64,000 nucleotides of DNA, taken from positions 124,001-188,000 of the forward strand of contig JAPDFW010000078.1 of NCBI GenBank assembly GCA_028826165.1, in the 5' to 3' direction. The translations under genes were made by a program, and so were the position numbers. Shown here piece by piece: positions 38,201-50,600 of this stretch. Source of the stretch: Anaeramoeba ignava BMAN. Lineage: Eukaryota > Protista > Anaeramoebae. The notes beneath the pieces were generated by a model. It saw only the letters and a list, made by a program, of their open reading frames with translations, was not told the origin of the DNA and did no database searches. Numbering within the stretch: position 1 is the stretch's first letter; every line of letters begins with the position of its first letter.

Positions 38201-38956
38201 ATTTCCAGATGAACCAAAATATTGGATTAGTTGGATATCCTTTAAAATTTATTTCTATTTTTCAATTTAATTAATTTTAATTTTTAATTTAACTCTAATT
38301 TTAAATTTAATTTTTCCTTGACTTTTTTTCTTCTTTTTTTTTGAATTATTTTCGTTTACGAGACTTTATTTCGTTTAATTGATATTATTTGCGTTTGTTT
38401 GATATTATATCAATTTAATTGGATTATTAACCATTTGAAATCTGTTGCATCAAATGATGGAAAAGTAGCAAAAAGTTTAGAAAAATTAAAATTATTTAAA
38501 GAATTTTATATTTTAACTGTTGCTTTCATGTTCGTTTAAATTTTTGGATTTAAAATTTCTAAATGTCATTTTTATTTCTAAATTTAAATTAATAATTTTT
38601 CATTCAAATTTAGATATGCTACTCAAATAATTTTAATCTTAATTGAAACAACATTGCCTTTCAAAGATCGATGGTTTTCTTATTTTTTTGATGAATTAGC
38701 AACATTCCTGTTTTTCATTTATATTGGATATAAATTTAGACCTGAACCAAATAATCCATATTTAAAGTTATTAGAAACTTATCAAAAATTACCAGAAAAA
38801 GAAGCTATTGATGCAATAAATATTGGAGATGCTTTTAATAATCAATTTATTTCAAGAAATATTAATGAAAATGACAAAAATCCAAAATCAAATTCTCAAA
38901 TTCAAGAAATGAAAACAAGTCATCGAAATGAAATTGCGAAAGATAAAGTAAATTGA
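34767..38956 (+). CDS. GPR107/GPR108-like (lung seven-TM/GOST family) protein, divergent copy A, 7 exons
   Basis: Exons 34767-34925, 37321-37569, 37639-37778, 37833-37982, 38048-38234, 38360-38529 and 38614-38956. Signal peptide, NYLS..FSLPG, DGKVAKSLEKLKLFKEFY, GYKFRPEPNNPYL. Confidence 0.85.
34970..37300. repeat. Intronic (TATT/TATA)n low-complexity array in intron 1 of GPR107-like A
   Basis: About 2.3 kb of almost pure T/A; the source of the spurious FIYLFIY ORFs. Confidence 0.9.
38235..38359 (+). other. U12-type (minor spliceosome) AT-AC intron
   Basis: 5' site ATATCCTTT (38235-38243), branch site TTCCTTGAC (38314-38322), 3' end AC (38358-38359). Removal restores ...YWISW|ETLFRLIDIIC in frame. 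Confidence 0.88.
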
Positions 38957-39150
38957 TTTCTTTTGGAATTCTTTTTCTTTTTTTTTTTTCATTCCACTTT
39001 TTCAATTTTTTTTTTAATAAATAATAATTAAACTTTTTTTTTTCTCCTTTATTTATTTTTTTCTCCTTTTTATTTTTTTAATTTTTTTTTTCATTTTTTT
39101 TTTTTTCATTTTTTTCATTTTTTTCATTTTCTTTCTCTTTCAAATTATAA

Positions 39151-42100
39151 ATGAAACACGTTTTTTATTTTATTTTCTTTTTACTTTTTTCAACTACATT
39201 TTGTCGAATAACAAAATTTAAAATTGATAATGATGATCGAGATGGTTTTCTTCTTCGTGATTTTGGTTTCAATAAAAAAGGAACAATTAAATTCAATATA
39301 AAATTTTTAGAGGTTTTCTTTCAAAGAAATTAATTCATCAAATTATAAAATTAATTTATAAAATTTAAAAAACATTATTTATTAAATTATTTATTAAATT
39401 ATTTATAAAATTAATTATAAAATTATTTATAAAATTATTTATAAAATTTAAAAAACATTATTTATTAAATTATTTATTAAATTATTTATAAAATTAATTA
39501 TAAAATTTAAAAAACATTATTTATTAAATTATTTATTAAATTATTTATTAAAATTAATTATAAAATTAAATATAAAATTATTTATAAAATTATTTATAAA
39601 ATTATATATAAAATTAATTTATAAAATTTAAAAAACATTATTTATAAAATTAATTATAAAATTAATTATAAAATTATTTATAAAATTATTTATAAAATTA
39701 TTTATAAAATTAATTTATAAAATTAGTTTATAAAATTATTTATAAAATTAAATATAAAATTAAATATAAAATTATTTATAAAATTATTTATAAAATTAAT
39801 TATAAAATTATTTATAAAATTATTTATAAAATTATTTATAAATTTATTTATAAAATTAATTATAAAATTAATTATAAATTATTTATAAAATTAATTATAA
39901 ATTATTTATTAAATTAATTATAAAATTATTTATAAAATTATTTATAAAATTATTTATAAAATTTAAAAACATTATTTATAAAATTAATTATAAAATTATT
40001 TATAAAATTATTTATAAAATTAATTATAAAATTAATTATAAAAATTATTTATAAAATTATTTATAAAATTATTAATAAAATTAAATATAAAATTAATTAT
40101 AAAAATTATTTATAAAATTATTTATAAAATTAATTATAAAATTAATTATAAAATTAATTTATAAAATTATTTATAAAATTAAATATAAAATTATTTATAA
40201 AATTATTTATAAAATTAAATATAAAATTATTTATAAAATTATTTATAAAATTTATTTATAAAATTATTTATAAAATTATTTATAAAATTATATATTAAAT
40301 TATTTATTAAAATTAATTATAAAATTATATTATAAAATTAATTATAAAATTATTTATAAAATTAATTATAAAATTAATTATAAAATTAATTATAAAATTA
40401 ATTATAAAATTATTTATAAAATTATTTATAAAATTATTTATAAAATTATTTATAAAATTATTTATAAAATTATTTATAAAATTAATTATAAAATTATTTA
40501 TAAAATTATTTATAAAATTATTTATAAAATTAAATATAAAATTAATTATAAAATTAATTATAAAATTAAATATAAAATTAAATATAAAATTATTTATAAA
40601 ATTATTTATAAATTTATTTATAAAATTATTTATAAAATTATTTATAAAAATTATTTATAAAATTATTTATAAAATTATTTATAAAATTATTTATAAAATT
40701 ATTTATAAAATTATTTATAAAATTATTTATAAAATTATTTATAAAATTATTTATAAAATTATTTATAAAATTAATTATAAAATTATTTATAAAATTATAT
40801 ATAAAATTATTTATAAAATTATTTATAAAATTATTTATAAAATTAATTATAAAATTAATTTATAAAATTATTTATAAAATTATTTATAAAATTATTTATA
40901 AAATTATTTATAAAATTATTTATAAAATTATTTATAAAATTATTTATAAAATTATTTATAAAATTATTTATAAAATTATTAATAAAATTATTTATAAAAT
41001 TAAATATAAAATTATTTATAAAATTATTTATAAAATTAATTATAAAATTATTAATAAAATTATTTATAAAATTATTAATAAAATTATTTATAAAATTATT
41101 TATAAAATTATTTATAAAATTATTTATAAAATTATTTATAAAAATAAAGATTGATTCTTTCATGAGTAATCCTCCAGATGTTGGTTTTGTGATTCAAAAA
41201 ATTGATGATGAAGATTTTGATCAACTTGATTGGCCTAATTGCCCAAATAATTTTGCGGATAATTTTGCAATTATCGCAAAACAAGAAGATTGGAAAAAAG
41301 GATTTGTTTGGCAAACAACAATAAATGAAACCCAAGAAGGAGAATATAGTATTTATTATCGAAATTGTGAAAGCTCTCAAGTTTCATTTGATGTATTTTT
41401 AATTAAATTTAATTTAATTTAATTTGAATTGATTTCCAAAATTGATTTAAATTGTTTTTTTTAGATTGTTTTGACTTTATATAATGAAGGTCCTAATTAT
41501 CTTAGTGCTGGTGAATTTCCTTTACCAGGAATATATCTTTTATTTTTTCTCTTATATTTGAGTGTTACTTCTTTATGGATAATGTTTTTAGTGAAGAATC
41601 GAAAGTAATTTTAATTTTAATTAATTTTAATTAATTTTAATTAATTTTAATTTTAATTTTAATTTTAATTTTAATTTTAATTTTGATTTTAATTTTAATT
41701 TTAATTTTAATTTTAATTTTAATTTTTAATTTTAATTTTAATTTTAATTTTAATTTTAATTTTAATTTTGTTTTTAATTCATTTTAATTTTAATTTTGTT
41801 TAGAAAAACTAGAGTTAACAGAGTTCATATTTTGATGAGTGTTTTACTTGTTTCTAAAATGTTAGCAATGCTATGCAAATCAATTGAATATTATTATATA
41901 AAAAACACAGGACTTCCAAATGGTTGGAATTATCCCTATTATATTTTTGCAATGTAACTATTTATCAAATTCAAATATTTAATTCAAAATAAATTATCAA
42001 ATTCAAATTAAAATATTTAATTCAAAATAAATTATTAAATTCAAATAAAAATATTAAATTCAAATAAAATATTAAATTCAAAATAAAATATTAAATTCAA

Positions 42101-43368
42101 ATAAATTATTAAATTCAAATATTTAATTCAAAATAAATTATTAAATTCAAATTAAATTATTAAATTCAAATTCAAATATTAAATTCAAAATAAAATATTT
42201 AATTCAAAATAAATTATTAAATTCAAATTCAAAATAAATTATTTAATTCAAATATTAAATTCAAATATTAAATTCAAATAAAAATATTAAATTCAAATAA
42301 AATATTAAATTCAAAATAAATTATTAAATTCAAAATAAATTATTTAATTCAAATATTAAATTTAAATTCAAATATTAAATTCAAATAAAATATTAAATTC
42401 AAATAATTTTTTCTGATTTAGTTTCAAAGGAATTTTGCTGTTTATTGTTTTACTCTTTATTGGAACTGGTTGGGCTTTTATTAAACGTTCTTTATCTTCA
42501 AAAGAAAAAAAACTTTTTGCAATAATTATTCCATTACAATGGTTAGATAATATGGCAATGGTTATTGTTTCTGAAACAACACAAGCATCAAAAGAATGGA
42601 CGACTTGGATATCCTTTTAAATTTTCAATTTAATTAATTTCTAATTTTAATTTCTAATTTTAAATTTTCAAATTAATTAATTTTAATTTTTAATTTAATT
42701 TCTAATTTTAAATTTAATTTTTCCTTGACTTTTTTCTTCTTTTTTTTTGAATTATTTTCGTTTACGAGACTTTATTTCGTTTAATTGATATTATTTGCGT
42801 TTGTTTGATTCTTTTTCCAATTGTTTGGAGTATTAACCATTTGAAATCTGTTGCATCAATTGATGGAAAAGTAGCAAAAAGTTTAGAAAAATTAAAATTA
42901 TTTAGACAATTTTATATTTTAACTGTTGCTTTCATGTTCGTTTAAATTTTTGGATTTAAAATTTCTAAATGTCATTTTCATTTCTAAATTTAAATTAATA
43001 ATTTTTCATTCAAATTTAGATATTTCACTCGAATAATTTTAATCTTATTTGAAAGAGCTTTAACTTATCAAACTAAATGGGTTTCACCATTTTTTGATGA
43101 ATTAGCAACATTCCTGTTTTTCATTTATATTGGATATAAATTTAGACCTGAACCAAATAATCCATATTTAAGAATAGGAGAAGTTGATGAAGAATCTTCA
43201 GAAGAAGATGATATTGATGCAATAAATCTTGATGATTTTTCTTTTCAAGAACCAACATTGAGAAATCTTAATGAAAATAGTCAAAAAGATGAAGAATCAG
43301 CTGATCCAAATGATGGAAATGAAAATGATGATGATAATGATAATGAAAATGAAAATGATAAGAAATAA
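39151..43368 (+). CDS. GPR107/GPR108-like protein, canonical copy B, 7 exons
   Basis: Exons 39151-39312, 41150-41392, 41465-41604, 41804-41953, 42422-42608, 42766-42935 and 43020-43368. Family motifs YLSAGEFPLP, IGTGWAFIK, IIIPLQ.LDNMA, ILFPIVWSI.HL, KLKLFRQFY, YFTRII and GYKFRP. Confidence 0.92.
39340..41145. repeat. Intronic 12-mer satellite (ATTATTTATAAA)n in intron 1 of GPR107-like B
   Basis: About 1.8 kb array; the source of the spurious NNFINNFI ORF. Confidence 0.9.
42609..42765 (+). other. U12-type AT-AC intron
   Basis: ATATCCTTT at 42609, TTCCTTGAC at 42721-42729, AC at 42764-42765. Spliced product is ...EWTTW|ETLFRLIDIICVCLILFPIVWSI. Confidence 0.9.
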
Positions 43369-43617
43369 AATTCCATATTTTTTTTCCTCATTCCACTTTT
43401 TTTTTTCTTTTTTTTTCTTTTCTTTTCTTTTCTTTTCTTTCAAGAAAACAATAAAAAAATCTTTTTTTTTAAAACAAACAAACAAACCAAACAAAAAAAA
43501 TTAATAAATGACGTTTTTTTTTTAAATTAAATTATTTTTTTTCATTTTTTTCTTTTTCATTTTTTTTTAAAATAAATAAATAGAGAATATAAATTCAAAT
43601 TTTAGAATAAAAATTAA

Positions 43618-45899
43618 ATGGCATTAATTGTTCAACCAACAGAAATTGAAATTGAAAAAGCATCTAATTATTTAAAACAAGGAAATCTTGTTGCATTTCC
43701 AACAGAAACAGGTTTTAAATTTTTAACTTAAAATTTTTAACTTAAAATTTTTAAATTAAATTTTTTAACTTAAATTTTTTAACTTAATTGTATTAAAGTT
43801 TATGGACTTGGTGCAGATGCTTTGAATGAAGAAGCAGTAAAAAAAATATTCCAATATAAAGATCGACCACTTAATGATCCAGTTATAGTTCATGTTGAAA
43901 AATATTCACAAGTTCAAGATTTAATAAATTTAACGGAAAAAGAATCAAAATTTTACAAACATTTAACTCAAAATTTTTGGCCTGGTCCTTTAACCATAGT
44001 TGCAAAAGCAACAAGTAAAGTTCCTGATATTATTACTGCTAAATCTGGTTTTGTTGGAATTCGTTCTCCTTCTCATAAAGTTGCTCATGATTTACTTAAA
44101 GTTTCTCAACTTCCTATTGCTGCTCCAAGTGCAAATAGATTTGGTATCATTTGTTTTTTTCTCTTCTTATTCTTTTTTCTTATATTTTTTAGATTGTTAT
44201 TATTATTAAAATTCATTTTAAAATTAAAATTAAAATTCATTTTGAAATTAAAATTAAAATTAAAATTAAAATTAAAATTGAAATTAAAATCAAAATTCAT
44301 TTTAAAATTAAAATTCATTTTAAAATTCATTTTGAAATTAAAATTCATTTTAAAATTCATTTTGAAATTAAAATTAAAATTCATTTTGAAATTAAAATTC
44401 ATTTTGAAATTAAAATTAAAATTAAAATTGAAATTAAAATTAAAATTCATTTTGAAATTAAAATTCATTTTAAAATTCATTTTGAAATTAAAATTCATTT
44501 TAAAATTCATTTTGAAATTAAAATTCATTTTGAAATTAAAATTAAAATTAAAATTAAAATTCATTTTAAAATTAAAATTAAAATTCATTTTGAAATTAAA
44601 ATTCATTTTGAAATTAAAATTAAAATTAAAATTAAAATTCATTTTGAAATTAAAATTAAAATTAAAATTAAAATTCATTTTAAAATTAAAATTCATTTTA
44701 AAATTGAAATTAAAATTCATTTTGAAATTAAAATTCATTTTGAAATTAAAATTAAAATTGAAATTAAAATTAAAATTAAAATTAAAATTCATTTTGAAAT
44801 TAAAATTAAAATTGAAATTAAAATTAAAATTGAAATTAAAATTCATTTTGAAATTAAAATTAAAATTAAAATTAAAATTAAAATTAAAATTAATTTATAA
44901 AATTAAAATTCATTTTGAAATTAAAATTAAAATTAAAATTAAAATTTTGAAATTCATTTTAAAATTAAAATTAAAATTCATTTTGAAATTAAAATTAATT
45001 TATAAATTTAAAATCGGATAAAAAATTTTCATTAAAAAAAAAAAGGTCATGTTTCACCAACAACAGCACAACATGTTTTTGAAGATCTTGGAAAATATCC
45101 TATTACTATTCTTGATGGAGGAAGTACAGTTGTTGGAATAGAATCAACTGTTATGAAATTACAAGAAATTAACGGAAAAATTCAACTTACTTTTTTAAGA
45201 AAAGGAGCAATTTCACCTGAAAATATCAAAGAATCAATTAAAAATATACCTGAATTTAATGATATAGTTGAAATAAATGTTGTTCAAAGAGTTGTTGATT
45301 TGAAGAAAAAAGAAGAAGAACAAAAAGCAAAAGAAAATGAAAATGAAAATGAAAATCAAAATGAAAATCAAAATGAAAATGAAAATGAAGTTTCACCTGG
45401 TTTACACATTACACATTATGCACCTGATAAAGAAACATATTTAATATTGAATATTGATTTAAAACAAGATTTAAAAACTGATTCAAATATCAATCCAAAT
45501 ATTAATTTAAAAAATTATTCAAATATCAATTCAAATTATGAAAAAAAATTCACATTTTCAGAAACTGTTTTAATTGATTTTAAATCACAATTTTTGGATA
45601 TCAAAGATAAATTTTTTGCTTACTCGGATTTATCACCAAATGGAGACGTTGAAGAATCTTCAGTTAATTTATATTCTTTGTTAAGATGGTCTGAAACATT
45701 TCCTCAAACAAAAGTTGTTATTTTGCCTGAAATTACTCAATTTTTTAAAAATTTAACAAAAAATCAAAAAATTCCTTCAATTTTAGATGCTTTAGCTGAT
45801 AGAATGTTTCGTGCTTCATCTGGAAAAACAGCTTTTTTAGATCTTCATAATTATTTTGTTTGTGTTTTTTCAAAATTAGAAAATTTGAAGGAAAATTAA
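43618..45899 (+). CDS. SUA5: Threonylcarbamoyl-AMP synthase Sua5 (YrdC + SUA5 domains), 3 exons
   Basis: Exons 43618-43711, 43799-44143 and 45046-45899. VAFPTET|VYGLGADA, KDRPLNDPVIVHV, FWPGPLT, IAAPSANRF|GHVSPT, GIESTV, SPGLHITHYAP. Confidence 0.93.
44200..45010. repeat. Intronic (AAAATT/AAAATTCATTTT)n array in SUA5 intron 2
   Basis: Directly visible; the source of the LKLKFI and FNFKMN ORFs. Confidence 0.9.
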
Positions 45900-46050
45900 A
45901 AAATTAAAATTAAAAATTAAAAATTAAAATTAAAAATTAAAAATAAATTCCTTTTCTTTCCAAATTGGATTTTTATTTTATATTTTATTTAAAAATTTTT
46001 ATTGAAATTTTTATTGAAAATTTAATTGAAAATTGAAAAAGATTTGTTGA

Positions 46051-47581
46051 TTATTTTTCAAAAAAAGGAGAAAAAACTTTTTCAATATAAGATAATTTTG
46101 TGAAATCTTTCAATGATGGTGTATTAAAATGAAGAGGAATTCGTTTTCTTTGAGGTGTTTTTGGTTCATTTCTAATTTGAATTTGATTTTGATTTTGAAT
46201 TTGATTTTGAATTTGATTTTGATTTTGGTTTTGGTTTTGATTTTGAATTTGAATTTGATTTTCATCCGTATCTTCTGTTTTGATTTCATATTCATTTTCC
46301 ATTTCAATTTGATTTTCAGTTTCAGTTTCAGTTTCATTTTCCATTTCAATTAAATTTTCATTTTCATTTTCATTCTCATTTTCATCTGTATTTTCTGTTT
46401 TGATTTCATCTGTATTTTCTGATTCAATTAAATTTTCATTTTCATTTTCATTTTCATTTTCATTTTCATTTTCATTTTCATTTTCATTTTCATTTTCATT
46501 TTCATATTCATATTCATTTTCATATTCATATTCATTTTGATTTTCATTTTCTTTTTCATATTCATATTCATTTTCATTTTCATATTTATATTGATTTTCA
46601 TTTTCATATTCATTTTGATTTTCATTTTCAGTTAAATTTTGATTTTCATTTTCATTTTCATTTTGATTTTGTTTTTGTTTTGAAATTAATCCTAAATCCT
46701 CTTGAAGTAACCTTAGGTTTTCTTCCTCCGAATCTGAATCTGAATCAAATTGTTGAATTTCTTGTTGATTTTCTTGTTGATTTTCTTGTTGAATTTTCTT
46801 GTTGAATTTCTTGTTGAATTTCTTGTTGATTTTCTTGTTGATTTTCTTGTTGAATTTCTTGTTGAATTTCTTGTTGAATTTCTTGTTGATTTTCTTGTTG
46901 ATTTTCTTGTTGATTTTCTTGTTGATTTTTAACTTGAGTATTATTGAGAATAATTGAAGAAGAAACAATTTTATTATCATTTTTTGATTTTTTATATGGT
47001 TCAAATAAAGATAAAAGTGGAAAATCGATTTTTTGATTCTGAATAATAGGAATTCCAATATTTTCATTACAAATTGATAAATTAATAATATATTTAAAAG
47101 AATAAAAATTAAGAATTTCAAAACGCCGAGTTAATCCAAATAATTCTTTTGTTGTTAATTGTTCTTTTTCTAATTATAATTTTTCAATTTAATTTTTTTC
47201 AATTTAATTTTTTTCAATTTAATTTTTTTCAATTTAATTTTTTTTCAATTTAATTTTTTTCAATTTAATTTTTTTTACCGAATTGAAACATTAATCCATT
47301 TGAAATAAATGGATTTTCTAAAACTTCATATTTAAAAATTATTCGTGAAATCATTTCTTGTAAAAAATCTTGTTTGTTTTGTAAATATTTTTTAATCCTT
47401 TTATGACTTTTTAAATTAAAAATTATTTTTAAAAAAAAAATTTAAATTAATTTTTTTAATTTTTTTAATTTTTTTAATAAAAAAATTTCAACTTTTGAAA
47501 TGAAGAAATTAATTGAACAATAATTAATTTTGGGTCTAAAAGAAGAAGATTTGGTTTTGAAAAATGAAATTTAAAAGACAT
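46051..47581 (-). CDS. Hypothetical protein with QQE[N/I] repeats and acidic EN/EY tract, 3 exons
   Basis: ATG at 47581. Introns at about 47492-47408 and 47278-47170. The frame NTQVKNQQENQQEIQQ... shifts by one base near 46795 into the acidic C-terminus of ORF 46051-47121. No family recognised. Confidence 0.5.
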
Positions 47582-47673
47582 TTAAAAGAAATGAAAAGAA
47601 AAAAAATGAAAAAATGAAATTGGAAAAAAATATTTTTCATTTTTTTTTTTCATTTTTTTTAAATTAATTATTT

Positions 47674-50600
47674 ATGAAAAAATTTTTTCAATTACTTGAA
47701 AAGGAATCATTTCAAAAACATGTAAAATTTACAAATTCAAATTCAAAAATCAAATTCAAAAATCAAATTCAAAAATCAATTAAAAAATCAATTTCAAAAA
47801 TAAATTTTTTTAGTTGAGTTTATTAAAAAATCAAAGGCTGGGTTTTTATCAAGAAAGAATATTTCCTTCTTGGGTAGAACTTGTTGTATCAATGATTACA
47901 CAATCCAAAATTTCTCAAAATCAAACCAATTCTAATGTTTTTATGAAAAGATGTTCTAAAGTTTGTTAAAATATAAAATTCAAGATTTAAATTTAAAAAA
48001 TATCAAACAGATTTATTTTATTTGAAGATTTAAATTTAAATTATTTTAATTCAAGATTTAAATTTAAAAAATATCAAACAGATTTAAATCAATTCAAGAT
48101 TTAAATTTAATTTATTTTGTTTCAAGATTTAAATTTAAAAAATATCAAACAGATTTATTTTATTTCAAGATTTAAATTTAAAAAATATCAAACAAATTTA
48201 TTTTATTTCAAGATTTAAATTTAATTTATTTATTTGAAGATTTAAATTTAATTTATTTCATTTCAAGATTTAAATTTAATTTATTTTATTTCAAGATTTA
48301 AATTTAAAAAATATCAAACAGATTTATTTTATTTCAAGATTTAAATTTAATTTAATTCATTTCAAGATTTAAATTTAAAAAATATCAAAACAAATTTATT
48401 TTATTTCAAGATTTAAATTTAATTCATTTTATTTCAAGATTTAAATTTAATTTATTTCAATTCAAGATTTATTTTATTTCAAGATTTAAATTTAAAAAAT
48501 ATCAAACAAATTTATTTCAATTCAAGATTTAAATTTAATTCATTTTATTTGAAGATTTAAATTTAAAAAATATCAAACAGATTTATTTTATTTCAAGATT
48601 TAAATTTAATTTATTTTATTTCAAGATTTAAATTTAAAAAATATCAAACAGATTTATTTCAATTCAAGATTTAAATTTAATTTATTTTAATTCAAGATTT
48701 AAATTTAATTTATTTCAATTCAAGATTTAAATTTAAAAAATATCAAACAGATTTATTTTAATTCAAGATTTAAATTTAATTTATTTTATTTGAAGATTTA
48801 AATTTAAAAAATATCAAACAAATTTATTTTAATTCAAGATTTAAATTTAAAAAATATCAAACAAATTTAAATCAATTCAAGATTTAAATTTAATTTAATT
48901 CAATTCAAGATTTAAATTTAATTTATTTTAATTCAAGATTTAAATTTAATTTATTTTAATTCAAGATTTAAATTTAATTTATTTTATTTCAAGATTTAAA
49001 TTTAATTTATTTTATTTCAAGATTTAAATTTAAAAAATATCAAACAGATTTATTTTAATTCAAGATTTAAATTTAATTTATTTTAATTCAAGATTTAAAT
49101 TTAATTCATTTTATTTCAAGATTTAAATTTAATTTATTTTAATTCAAGATTTAAATTTAATTTATTTTAATTCAAGATTTAAATTTAAAAAATATCGAAA
49201 CAGATTTAAATTAATTCAAGATTTAAATTTAATTTATTTTATTTCAAGATTTAAATTTATTTCATTTTATTTCAAGATTTAAATTTAATTTATTTTAATT
49301 CAAGATTTAAATTAAATTTTATTTTAATTTCTAAAATTTTATTTAAAAAATTTAAAAAAATTCTTAGATCATATCTGTTCTTGAAATCCCTCTTAATGAA
49401 TTATTTTTCGAAATTCCTCAACAACACCTTGACTTATTAATAAACCAAATTGATCAATATTGTGAAAAAAAATCAAAATATCTTTCATATTACATCTCAT
49501 TTAATTGCTCTTTACTTAGATATAATCTTGGAATACTCCCAAAATTTAACCTTTCAACAGAAATTGAAAATTGCATAAATTTACTGGAAAACCCCAAAGA
49601 TTCAATTCAAATTTGTGATTTTCTTTTCAAATTTCTGGAACCAATTTCAAAACAGCAAACCAAAAGAAGAAAAAAACAATCAAACAAAAACGATCAAGAA
49701 TTTAATCAAATTTCCCAGAAAGATGCTTTCAATATTTATTCAACTCTTACAGATTATTTTTTCATGCATCAAAAATATCAAAATGCTTATGAATTAATCA
49801 CCCAATTTGAATCATTACAAAAATCAAGTAATTTCGATATTGACAAAGACCAAGATCAAAATAAATCAATTTGGATTAGGATGATGAATGTTAAAAATTT
49901 CAGTTCTTTCATTCTATCTTCAAGAAATAAGGATAATATTAATCCATCCGATTACGAAACCGCACAAAAAGAGCCAATATACCAAATTGAAAAAATGATA
50001 CTCCAAAAAAATATGCAAGAAAATATCATCCTTTTTCTAGAAAATGAACTGATCGAAAACAAACTTGAGTCGCTTCCATTGATTTATCTTTTAAACCTTC
50101 AACAAAGATTTCCCAACAATAACAACTCAAAACAAATTGAAAATGAATCTATTCTCCAAAACCAAATATCTATTTTCGTTCTTTTCAAATTTATTATTCT
50201 TGATGTGGAAAGAAAATCTTATGAAAGAATATTTATTTATCAATTAGCAAAAATTTTTTCTATTTGGAACCAAAAAACAACTTCATTATTCCGAAACATT
50301 TCAATCAAACTCTCTACAAAATATCCCGATCTGAAACAAACTTTGAATTTTTTTTGTAATCATATCCAACTTAAAAGCATTACAGATTCTTTTTTTATCC
50401 AAAAAGATTTAAAATCTCCTTTTAAAAATTCAATATTAGCTCAAATTGAATTGAAAAAAAAAACTATTGACTCTTCACAAAATCCAATTCTTTCGTTTTG
50501 TATGAATCAGAAATATAATCTTTCTCATTTTTTTGTTGATTTATCCTTTCCAAATGAAATGAAAATTGAAAATCAAAACGAAAATAATCAAAATGAAAAT

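Noticed and set aside
44144-44152. SUA5 donor GTATCATTT as a possible U12 GT-AG intron
   Set aside because: Mismatch in the critical ATCC core and no TCCTTRAC branch site near the acceptor.
43822-45021. 399-aa SUA5 ORF with an LKLKFI tail, and the antisense FNFKMN ORF
   Set aside because: Read-through into intron 2; the conserved ANRF|GHVSPT join shows the repeat is spliced out.
47980-49320. CRISPR-like array of TTCAAGATTTAAATTTAA repeats
   Set aside because: The linkers are a few recurring variants rather than unique spacers, there are no cas genes, and the array lies inside a eukaryotic intron.
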